A stretch of 52,630 bases of DNA, filler included, from Jimgerdemannia flammicorona (Eukaryota): assembly GCA_003990765.1 (NCBI GenBank). It is 2 parts of 2 records of this genome, joined end to end, with 100 filler letters (N's around TTAATTAATTAA, not from the genome) between each part and the next. Parts side by side here need not be neighbours in the genome. Positions count along the whole stretch, not along the records: positions 1 to 26,268 come from RBNJ01000742.1; 1 more part is not named here. The stretch is one strand, 5' to 3'. Below are positions 1 to 10,800 of this stretch, piece after piece; within the stretch, counting starts at the first letter, position 1; each line of letters starts with the position of its first letter. Made by a program: the position numbers and the translations under genes. A model generated the notes under the pieces. It searched no databases and was not told the DNA's origin. It saw nothing but the letters and a program-made list of their open reading frames with translations.

Positions 1-542
1 CCAATGCTCCTCAGGCATCGCTCGCAGGTCCACCTCCCCCAAGGCTTCTGCCGCGAGGTTATCCATCACCTTGCGCACCCACAGCAAGTTCCCCACCTCC
101 TTCCCTCCTGGAGTCCCAGGCCGCCCCACATCCAACATCGTGGTATCAGCCCCCACACTAGCAGCCTCGTCCCACTCCTCCTCAGGGACATCCACCAGCT
201 CATCCTCGCCGACAGCTACCACCTGACCCCCCTGAGCCATATCAGGGACCCCAAATCGCACCTGCTGGGCCCCCTGCATCCGTGCGTCCTCTGTCCTCCC
301 TCGCTTCCCCACTGGGCCCCTCCTGATGAGTGGGGGCGGGGTGGCATCTGACTCTGACTCCCACACTTCCAGAGTACCATCGGCAAACAGGTCCCGGTCC
401 TGCCCCTTCTCAGCCCCCGCCTCCTTCGCCTCCACCTCCTCCTTCCCTTTGCCCGCCCAGACACTGGCCTCAGCGCCTTCAGTCACCTCAGCCTCACCCG
501 ACTTCTGCTTCCCCCCACCTTGGGTTGGCTCTTCTCTACTCT
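1..542 (-). mobile_element. GC-rich, acidic/Gly-rich coding fragment abutting the gag remnant; possibly a 5'-truncated non-LTR retrotransposon ORF1 inserted into gag
   Basis: Abrupt compositional switch at ~543. The minus strand reads as protein to the window edge (..VDVPEEEWDEAASVGADTTMLDVGRPGTPGGKEVGNLLWVRKVMDNLAAEALGEVDLRAMPEEHW). No diagnostic domain recognised. Confidence 0.3.
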
Positions 543-1264
543 TGTAATTGGGGTTGTTGTTGTGTATTCCTGTTGACTATAGTAGTTAGAACTATATTAG
601 TGATCCTTGGTGCTTATTCAATTTTTACTCCTGTTATTCTTTCCATTATATGGCCTTGAGGGTGTCTAGCAGTCCAGTATCTTTGGGCATAGGTAACCTT
701 CTGTCCCAGGTCCAGTACTGTTGGGGTAGATCGGATGGCTAAGGCAATTTCTTGATGAATGCTCTTTATGAAGGTATTCTCAGCCACTTGGTCTTGAACT
801 GCATCCAGGTAGTCAGCAAGGACTATTTGGTATTGTATTCTTGTGTAGAATGTGTTTGAGTCTTCAGACATTCCTTGGCAGATAGTATTCAATTAATCCT
901 TGAGTGCTTGTTTGATTTCGTTTATGTAGTAGATTGCTTGGAGCTAGGTCTTGAAAGCCAGAATTCTTGTTGGATTATCGGCTCCTTGTACATTAGCTGC
1001 AGTGAATGCAGTTCTTGCTGGGCCTCTGAGGCTTACAGGAAGCAAGGCTACTTGTTGTGCTGCACTTAAGATCCTTACAGTGGCATACTGCTCAAAAATA
1101 TCAATGAAGGTGATGATTGATTCGTCAGAGGTATATCCATGGAATACGGTTGGTCTCATATCTATTTTGTCTGATTGTGTTGTGTGAGTTCTTGTTGCAG
1201 TTGTTCGTTGTTCAGCTTGAAAGTGAGGGATTCATCTTGAATCACCAGCCAATGGGCACTAAGT
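543..1264 (-). pseudogene. gag: Degenerate LTR-retrotransposon gag (capsid-like) with PBS-like site
   Basis: ORFs 944-1159 and 614-892 are in frame (RPTVFHGYTSDESIITFIDIFEQYA...LPVSLRGPARTAF...ICQGMSEDSNTFYTRI...TFIKSIHQEI), broken only by TAG/TAA stops. LTR end ..GTTACA is followed by ACTTAGTGCCC, a decayed TGGTGCCC PBS. Confidence 0.7.
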
Positions 1265-1720
1265 TGTAACGTAGCAGACGCTAAGATGGGCAAGTATATC
1301 AGATTTCTTTATCTTGAATTCTTATCTTCTTGACTCCAAGAGTCAGTAGTTCCTTGAGGCCAAATGTATTTAAAGAGGTAATCCTGAAAGTCCCTTTATC
1401 AGTATACTTGTTCTTTTTCTAACACTTTCGATCTGAGGTTTATTCACTCAAAGATACTGGATTATTTATATGAGTTTGCTAGCTATGAGATAGTTACTGG
1501 GTTATGTAACTAAGTTATGAGTCATTTAACACTTTGCAAAATATTTCACTAGTTGCAAAATGCTATACTATATCGAGAAGCTCGATCTTACACTTTGCGA
1601 AATATTTTGCTAGTTATGAAATCGAGGACTGCTAACTATGTGGCTATACTACTTTGGGACTAGGTGCGATCAAGTGTCTGTTCCCTATTTCCTTTTTCCA
1701 AATCTGGCTATACTATCACA
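1265..1720 (-). repeat. Short (456 bp) 5' LTR, TG...CA
   Basis: On the minus strand it starts TGTGATAGT and ends GTTACA. Contains a TATA-like box followed by GAGTGAATAAACCTCAG (1433-1484). PBS and gag follow. Confidence 0.7.
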
Positions 1721-2383
1721 ATAAGTATGTCAGATTTCTGTATCTTAAAAACTTAATCTTCTTTGACTCTGTAGAGTTCTCAGGATATAAGAGTGGGTGA
1801 GTTCAAAGTATATCTATCCATAGACTTACTAGTTCCTTTATATTCTCTTTACTTTGAACTATTTTGATCTGAGGTTTATTCACTCTAGATATTAGAGATA
1901 TTTATATAAGTTTGCTAGCTAAATATAAGATAGCTAAGTTATGACTATATTTCCTATAAGTCACTTTTTGACATCTGCTAAAGCTTTGATAATTATCAAA
2001 ACTTTAACATCTGCAAAGTTTTCAATATTTTTGAATACTTTAACATTTGCAAAATATGACTACTATTTGTAAGACTATAGTAGTGCTCTCAATGAATCAA
2101 ATCAAATCAAAGGTCCAATTTAATTTGAAATTCAATTTGAAATCTATTTTTTAAAATATAATAACTTAACAAAAATATGTCCAAATTTAATAAGCTAAAG
2201 GTTGTTAAATTTGGACATGTTTTTATCAAGTTATTATATTTCAAAAAATAAGGCTTGAATCCGACCCTCAATTTGATTCATTTGAGAGCACTAGACTATA
2301 CTATATTTAGGAATCAAATTCAAGTATCATAATTAAATATCTATTCCCCTGATTTATATTTCTAATATAGATCAACTATCACA
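1721..2383 (-). repeat. Related, 3'-truncated LTR interrupted by a MITE
   Basis: Same TGTGATAGT start at 2383 and same TATA/AATAAA core (1869-1920). Similar AGATTTCT.TATCTT block at 1730-1770. Confidence 0.6.
2081..2293. mobile_element. hAT-like foldback MITE (213 bp)
   Basis: TIRs TAGTGCTCTCAATGAATCAAAT / ATTTGATTCATTTGAGAGCACTA. 8-bp TSD GACTATAG (2073-2080) / GACTATAC (2294-2301). Internal ~48-bp inverted repeat at 2147-2195 / 2202-2248. Confidence 0.8.
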
Positions 2384-3753
2384 ATAGTAAGAGTTAAAGT
2401 AGAAGTAATAACCAAAATAATATCTAGCTATTTAGTAAATAATATAAATTAAACTAAAGATTTAAATGATTATTAATCTATAACTATGTAAAATTAATAA
2501 TAATAAAGAAGATTATTTGACTTTATAAATTTTTAAAGAAGTTAGAATATATTTCATAATATCCTATACTTATATATCTGATAAGATAACCAGTTATAAT
2601 TATTATAACAAAGAACTCTATATATTTTAATAAAATTAAATAAGTATTATTTTATTTAAGAATATATAAAAAAAATATATAATATATCTTAAATCTATTC
2701 TTATAAAGTATATAATTAATAATTTGCTTATTGAATAGAAGTATTGAGAATATATATATAAGTATATAATATCTATTGTGGCGTTGGTTATGTATAATGA
2801 ACTTCAACTACACAGCTCAATGTGTGCCACTGGTGAAGCACGCGATGGATAACTGAATGTGTTGGTGACGTTCACGGCGGTTACGGGTCGATGGTCACAT
2901 GATTGGCTCGTTCGATTTGTGTGATAACTGATAATAGCGGGACTTCGATTGTTCGTTGGCTCAGGATGTCAATGGCTCGATTGTTTAGTGGAAAAGGTGT
3001 TGTTGCTAACAGAGGGCGGTTATTATGCTGGCTAAGTTTCCTGGCGGCGATTAACTTGGCAGCGACGGTCTTGAATTTGTGCGGCGATGACGGGCTTGCT
3101 CGTTATGCGGTCAATTAAAGCGGGCGACGGTCTTGACTTTAAGCAGTTCGTGGCGCAGTAGGGAATCATTCGGGTCAACGGTTCGGTCGAACGTTCATTC
3201 TTAACTTGAGGGCGGGTTCCTGGTGGTCGTTTGAGTATCTTGGCGGGTCTTAGACTGTGGTCCTGCTTGGCTGGGTATCCTTGGGTTCCTTGGGTTTTTC
3301 GGGTCTTGAATCTCGAATGGCGGTCTCGAATGGTGGTCCAAATGGGGGTCTGGTCTTGAATCCTTGGGTTTCCAGGTCTTGAATCTCGAATGGCGGTCTA
3401 AATGCACAGCAGTCGTAGTCTTTGGTGGACTAGTGCAGCTTTTCTTAGCGGCGGGTCTTGAACATTTTCTTTCCGTGGCAAGAGAAAATTCTTTAACTCA
3501 AACTTCCGAGTGATCCGTTGCTTTAGATTGTTATCTTGTTCTCAGAATTTATCTGGTCTCTTGGAGGCAGTGAGGTTTCTTAGTAATCCTTTTTACTTTT
3601 AAACACAAGCTGACTGACTGAGGTTTATTCACTCTAAGAATATGGATTATTTATACAAGTTTGCTAGCTAGGGGGGAGGGGGGGCACGACTAAGGCTAAG
3701 GTATACTATGTTGTTGCAAACTTCGCTATGCTATTGGCTTGCATGATGTGAAG

Positions 3754-4050
3754 GGCTGACTTGCTGACAAGATGCTGAAAACGGTGGTACTGGGTAGCAA
3801 TGCTGGATTCAGTTGTGCTGGGTAGCAATGCTGGATTCAGATGAGCTGACTTGCTGATACAGACAGATATGGATGCGGCAATTGTTGCCAGAAGCGGTTG
3901 TGGAGGGTAGCAATGCTGAAAATGGACTTGCTGACAAAATGCTGAAAATGGTGGTACTGGGTAGCAACGCTGGATTCGGATGAGCTGACATAATTGCTGA
4001 TTGTTGCCAGAAACAGTTGTGGGGGGTGGCAATGCTGAGAATGGATGCTG
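3754..4050. repeat. Degenerate tandem repeats in U3 between the accessory ORF and the LTR TATA box
   Basis: Recurrent blocks GACTTGCTGACAA.ATGCTGAAAA.GGTGGTACTGGGTAGCAA.GCTGGATTC and ATTGTTGCCAGAA.C.GTTGTGG.GGGT.GCAATGCTGA. Confidence 0.75.
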
Positions 4051-4087
4051 ACTAAAAGCTTGGTTCTCACAGCTGATAGGCGGTACT

Positions 4088-5074
4088 CTAGAGGGAATAG
4101 TGCCATTCGTCCATGGTGGGCAAATCTTGCTGGGTTGCGATTTCTTCTTCATCATATCTCTCCTCAAAAGGGGGAAGCGCTGGCCAAGAGGTGAGGGGGT
4201 AGAAAAGTGGCCAGTCATCTTCAACAACATTCTCCAACCCTTGAACAGCTTGAATGCGGACAGAGGACTGGTAGACTCTCTGTTGCTCCTCTTCTTCTTC
4301 TGAAGACTTGTTAGTTTCAGTGTCAGAGGGGGTTTCTTCAGAGGCAGGGTCTTGGAGTTCTTGGGTTTCCTCTTTAAAGACAGGAACTTCTTGGGCTTCT
4401 TCTTGATTCGGTTCCCAAATGATGAGGTGTGAATTGTGGCTGTCAGGGTGGTGGGTGATTGGAGTAGCTCCAACAGATGTCTCTATAGTGATGGGCAGTC
4501 CTTCAAATATCTCCATGAGACTCATTAGGTGGCCTTGATGGTTGTCTCGGAGTGGGGTGGTGTAAAAACCTGGCTGAGTAGGTTTGGTTTGTTGGCTTCC
4601 TATGGCGATGCAGTTGCTGCCAATAGCATTGGCTACTTCAGATTCTATCCAGTCAGCATCTTCAGTTGAAAGGTGGGAGAGGCTGCCAGCTGTTACTCCT
4701 TGCAAGTATGCTATAGCCCAGGGAATATGGCGGAAGATTTGATGGACACGGAGGGCTCTCTTGATTAGCCAACTGGTGGTTAACATTTCGGCAATGAGGT
4801 CTTCCTGGTCACCTTCTTGAGTCTCATTGCAAAGGCGGTGTCCAATTTCATAGTCATGCCAGAGGGTCATTCGTTCAGTAGTGTCTTTGAGCTATTGGGT
4901 CATTATATACTGGTAGTTGATGAAGTGTCCAAGGTCCTCAGTGTAGAAGTTCAAGTGTTTGGAAGTATCTGGGCACCAGATAGCCTTCTTGATAGCTTCA
5001 AAGATCAGGGTCTTTGGGCCAGGCAAAGGGGTAGAGCGGCGGGAGGTCTGGTTGGTTCGGCGAATGGGAGGCAT
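4088..5074 (-). pseudogene. LTR-embedded accessory ORF (~328 aa, one internal TAG), helical N-domain plus acidic tail
   Basis: ORFs 4892-5188 and 4088-4870 are in frame with a single TAG between them. ATG at 5074 with TATTTAA ~55 bp upstream. Homologous to the ORFs at 30214-31311 and 49691-50788. Confidence 0.7.
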
Positions 5075-7278
5075 TGTGTGGTAGGTACTTAGTTCTTTGG
5101 TGCCGATCTCTGAGGCGAAGTAGGGTTCCTTAAATAACGTGGTCTTCATTTTGGCTCGGATCTTCTTGTCTTCTTTTGGGATAATCACCTAATGGGTCAG
5201 GCTGTCTATTTGATTGTCACGCCATTATGTCATCTGATCTTGTGGTCACAGGGTACTCCGAATTTGGGCAGGGTCAATTGTAGATGTCAAACTATCTATA
5301 TCATTACTTAATATATTACTTATCAGTAATATATAAATATTTAACTTATTTATAATAATATAAATACTCTTTTTTATCTATATTTAATCATCTTTATTAT
5401 ATATATTAGATTACTCTAGATAAAGTAAATCTAATAAGCTAAATTATATTAAATTATAAATATAAAATTAAGATTAATCAGAATTAGGTTTAGGAGTAAA
5501 ATTCTTTTATATAGAGTTAGGTTTAGGTTTAGGGTTAGGATTTGTATTAGGTTAGTTTAGGGTTTGTTAATGATTAGGTTTAGAGTTAATATTAATAAAA
5601 ATTGATTTTAAAGTTTAAAATAGAGAAAATTATTTATTTATAAATAATATTTTATATTAATAAGTTAAAAAATATAATTTTTTATAGTTGTTTTATAGTT
5701 ATATTTAGCTATAATATAAACTAAACTATATACTATATTATATAATATTTAATAATATTCTTAGCTAAAAATAATATATAAAGATAATAATTATTATTTA
5801 AGTTTTAATCTTTTAATCTTTATAAAATTAGAATAAAGTCTAATGAGTTACATATATTAATTAATTTACTCATAATATATATAATTAATAAATATTTACT
5901 ATTGTTAGATTTATATGAATAAGTTAATTTTAATAAAAGAATCTTCTTCTTTTTCTCTTTTTTAATATATATTATTATTTTTTGAGAGAATTTTATATTA
6001 TATAATATACTTTAATCTCAGATTGTAAAACACTCTATTTAAGACTATGGTCAAAAGCATGAATGACTGAAAGCAAATATATTTTTCATACTGAGCTGCA
6101 TTATTTTATTTGATATTCTTTGTAGACTTAAGGTATTAAATTATGTTTGATGTTTATATAAATTATAGGCCTAATTTATTTCAGTATCACATACTATTCT
6201 GCCTTCGGGATTCTCTCCGAATTCATTCTGTGACTTCAATATCGTCCTTCTCTGCCTCCCCATATATGGGCATTGGGTCGTTGAATATGTAATGAGTGGG
6301 TTCGTTAGAACACAAGTCAATGGTTGCAAGAATGTCTTGGGCACCGCGCGGGGGGGGGGGGGCGTAAGTTATCTCGGCGGGTCAAATCATGTCTTGGGCG
6401 TCTGGCGCTCTCATTTTGTATTAGCTAGATGACAATCCCTTTAGCATTGCCTATATCGATTATTGTTCAATTGCATCTATTTTTACACATACGCTTTATA
6501 CATATGCTTCACACATACATTCATCGCGCATTCACATCGCGTACTCGTTTTCGCAAACGCCCTCCCTCCCTTCTCTGTGTATCCATTCGCATGTGGGCCA
6601 GTTTCACCGCGGTTTTCTCGATTTTTTTTTTTTTCCCAAATACATACATTTGAACCTCAAGTCGTCCATCTATGCGGTTCTGAGGTTCTACGCGGTCGGT
6701 TATCGTCGTCATAGTTGGTCGGGCAGAAGTGTAGTTTTTCTCTATCATTACGGCTATACATTGATGATTGTCCACAAGGGGTTGAATAAGCGTATCTTCG
6801 AGTGAGTTGGGACACGAAAACCCATTATTACATGCTAAACCCATGCAGGATTTCATTGCAAAGAAAGGTGATACCTCTCATACGCATGGGATGGCTAAAT
6901 CATACTCCGTCACAGCGAGGGTTTCTTCTTGGGCTTCATTTATGAAACTTCTTTGTTTTTGAGCTACTTGTATGGACTTTGCTGCTAAAAAAATTTTCGT
7001 GGGTTTCACGACAGATTCTTTTTTAACATATATTGCCAACTATGGATGATCATCGATCATGTGGGGGTGGTGGGGTGTTATTTTTGTTTGAAGTGTTTTT
7101 GGGCGACGTAACTTGATGATATTTTATTTCACACATCCGACCTCTCGGTGAAGGGGATTTCAGCAAAGGAGAATTGAAGTCTCTGGTGTGTGACGTAACC
7201 TCTGATGCTATCGACCACCCCCATCATGTGGGATATGCAAAATCAAATATGGTAATTAAGTAGTGCGGGTCACTTGAT

Positions 7279-7897
7279 TATATAAACAGAGCAAGCCACA
7301 ACTCCTTATCTGAGCTATCTACCCGCCAGCCGTGAAGTCCTTTTTTTTTTTTCTACCGCAGCTGTGAAACTTTATGTTTACTTTTTCTACCCCAAGCCTG
7401 AAGCTTATTTTTCTCTTTCTACCGCTGCTATGAAGGTTTTTTCTTTTCTTAATGTAGCCAATGACAGCAGGACTTTCTCAATCACTTGAACTGTTGTTAC
7501 AAAGGTAATTTACGGTCTCCGGACTTCGTGGTTTAAAGTATACTACACTGCAGACCCCAATACGCCGACTATTTTCGTATGTGCCCAAGTGCTTTGGACT
7601 TCGGTTATTTGAAGTTAAATTAGTTAGGAGAATTTCCTTTTCGAATTGCGCAGAATTTTTGTCACCTGTGCAACCTCATACATGTGATTGATTTCCATTC
7701 GCAATGGTATATATATAGCGAATTGTGACATTCCATTTCCCAGCCTAAGGAAGTCAGAGAGAAATAAGGTACGATAACTCATGCTAGCATTATATTCACC
7801 GTGCGATATGGTTTCATGTACTGGCACCTATTCACTATCGCATTGTAAAACATCATCTTTTATCGTTTGTATGGACGTATCATTCCTTCTATGTTAG
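7279..7897 (+). promoter_or_regulatory. Putative TATA box and 5'-UTR intron of the sacsin-BTB gene
   Basis: TATATAAA at 7279. Candidate donor AG|GTAATT at 7505. Acceptor TTAG immediately before ATG 7898. Confidence 0.35.
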
Positions 7898-10800
7898 ATG
7901 GTAACAATCAGCCAAAGAACTCAAAAGTTTCAACTACGAGGCAAGAGTTATAGGCAAAAGGAGCCCTTGACAGTGCGAATCAAGGGTATTCTCGCGGAGT
8001 ACCCAAAAGGTTCCCAAATTTTACGGGAGATTTTACAAAACGCTGACGATGCCAGAAGTACAGAACAGGTTTGATTCTTCTGTGAACGATTGCAACAAAT
8101 ATTTCGATAGGCCCAACGCTGAGACAACTTATACACTTATATTTTTCTTCATAGATTTTCTTACTGGATCATAATACCTATTCAACAACCGACCTCATCG
8201 ATTCTACTTTGGCGGATTACCAAGGTCCAGCCCTTCTCGCCAAGAGCAATAGCACTTTTACTGAGAGGGATTTCAATTCAGTTGAGAATCTCGGTTACAG
8301 TCTGAAGCAGGGGGATCTTGACAAGGCTGGTCGATACGGCGTCGGGTTCAATGCTGTCTACCACATGACCGACGTGCCAATGATCTTGTCCGGCGACCAG
8401 TTCATCATTCTCGATCCTCATGAGCGAGTGGATTTGGGCGAGAACCTGGGAGGCGAGAGATACAATTTCTTGGAGGACGAATTCCAGAAAGTGTTCCCAA
8501 CATCGCAGTTTGAACCTTTCAAAGTTCTAATCAGGAATTTCAATCACCCATATGAAGGTACCGTCTTCCGGTACCCTTTACGCACGAAGAATCACGCAGA
8601 ATTATCGGAAATCTCGAAGGATCCCTGTCCGGTTGAAGACGTGTCAGACATGTTCGACAAATTTCAGGTCGAGGCCGCGGAGTGTTTACTATTCTTGAAA
8701 TACTTGGAGAAGGTTTCATTTTACGAATTGCTCGACGGCGCCGCCGAACCTCAGCTGCTCTATAAAATCGAATTGCTGAACGCCGAGGAGGTCCGGCAAC
8801 AACGGCAATTGTTAGCAAAGAACGTGAAAGGCATTATGGCCAGCGCCGACGACAGCGGTGACGAAGAAATCTTTCCTCCGGTGGTCAAAGAAACTCGTCG
8901 ATCCCTATCATCGACATATATCGCCGAGGTTCTTTGCTTCTCTCACATATCAAACGATTACGAAAAATCTTGCTGGCTTGTACAGAACCATCTGGGGGAC
9001 GTGTCGAAGGCAGAGAAATATTTCCTCGAAACCCACAATATACATCTCAAAAACGATAAACTCATCCCATGGGTCGGAGTTGCCGCATGCTTGAGCAACG
9101 CAGAAAAGCTATGCGAGAGCCTGTTCTGTTTTCTACGTCTTCCTGTCAGCACACCGTTCAATGTATTCATTCACGGATTCTTCGCTATGTCTAGCAGTCG
9201 ACGCGACCTTCCGGTCCCGAGTCAGGATCAATTTGCCCCAGACGCGCGGATGGCAATTAAGGCCGACTGGAACTTGTACCTCTTCCAACACTGCATTCCA
9301 CGAGCTTGGGTGGATCTGTTGAACGCGCTGACGAAATGCGACCATCCCGACGGCAAACCGATTTTGCCGATTGAGGATTACACTTTTTGGCCGTTGGGGA
9401 TGGGCCATACAGATAGCCATCCGCGTAGCAGAAACGTTGACAGGCTATGGTCGAGTATCCTGGATGATGTCGTCATAATCATCGGTAACGAAATGACACC
9501 GGTGTTCCGAGGAATGGCGTTTGGCAGCGATATTTTCTATAGCTGGATTTCCCTCGCGGATGGTATTTTGGAAGACGAAGACGAAGACTTCCATTATCTG
9601 ACCCCATTGCTAGCACGCTGCGGCCTATCGATGATACCAAACGTTCCCAAAGATATACAAAACTCGTTGAAAAGTAACAAGGTCTCCCACAAACGTGCTT
9701 CGCCGCATCTCGTCAGGGAGCATCTGGGACTTTCGGCCGACAAATGGTCAACGATTCTCAGCGATGACGAAAAGAACAACTTGTTGAAGTATATATTGAA
9801 GGATAAAAAGTATCAAAACCTACGGGATTTGCCACTGATCCTTCTCGCCGACGCCAGTGGGATCTACGCCAGTTTCGGTGAGCCAAAACAACCGCCGATT
9901 TATGTGGCATCCAAGGAAGAACACCTTTTGTTCCAGAAATGGGAACCCCACCTCATGAACCTCTCTCTATCTCCGGTCTTTGAAACCGATGATTTTGAAT
10001 ACATGACGGAAATCGTCAATATCCGCCGCTGGTCGTTACAGGCTGGAATCGACTGTCTGAACAAGGTATTTTCCACCGTCAAAAACAAGTCAGATGATGC
10101 TATCCCATGGCCCAACTTCAATGACTATGGAATCGATCTCGGCTGGCTTAAACGCTTGTGGATATGGATTAACTCACAGCCAAAGAACAGCCAGAACAAC
10201 CTTGATTTCCTCGGTGAACTTTGGTTGATACCGACACATCAACAGTCTCTGCGAAAAGTGCAATCCACAAAGCCTTTACTTTGGCACAATCCGTCCAACA
10301 CCGTCCACCCGCCGGCAGCTATTGTCCCTTTGCTCGAAAAACTGGGATGCACGTTTATTCTCGCCGACTTTCTTGTTGAAGAAGGTTTCTCTTCAATATT
10401 TCGTGGGGTCGTTGTCGAGTGTTCAAATGCGGAAGCCGTCATGCGAGCGATCTCTACAAATATTCCTGGCGCGTTGACTGAAGTCGAAGCTCGGTTATTG
10501 AGAGAGTATCTTGCGAAATATATCCCCCTCTTGCCCACTAGCAGACTCTCCATGCCTTCACTGGACTCGCTGAAAGCCTTGCCGATCTTTCCCAAGCGCG
10601 AAAATGAAGGGTTCTATAACACGGCAATTATTTCGCCCAGCGATACTACTTGGTATGTGTTGGAATGTGCCAAGATTGGAAGTATCGTTCTCTGCGCACC
10701 TAATACTGGAATAATCGACGCCGAAACACAAGATGTCAAGTATCTCGCCCACGATGTGGCAGGCTTGGAGTACCTTGAGACCACGGAGTACCTCAGCCTA

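Larger units (their letters stand above)
2777..5291 (-). mobile_element. Giant (~2.5 kb) solo LTR carrying an accessory ORF in U3
   Basis: Sharp GC-rich island inside AT-rich decayed DNA. Left end TGTGGCG (CA end on minus). Candidate 4-bp TSD CTAT (2773-2776 / 5292-5295). TATA plus GAGTGAATAAACCTCAG core at 3618-3669 is shared with the short LTRs. The right boundary is less certain. Confidence 0.55.

Noticed and set aside
3706..4473. 255-aa minus-strand ORF
   Set aside because: An alternative frame overlapping the accessory ORF and running through tandem repeats, with no independent evidence.
5484..5587. Interstitial telomere-like TTAGG(G) repeats
   Set aside because: Short, irregular and embedded in decayed AT-rich TE. 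Equally explained by a mutated Pro/Asn/Lys-rich coding tract on the minus strand.
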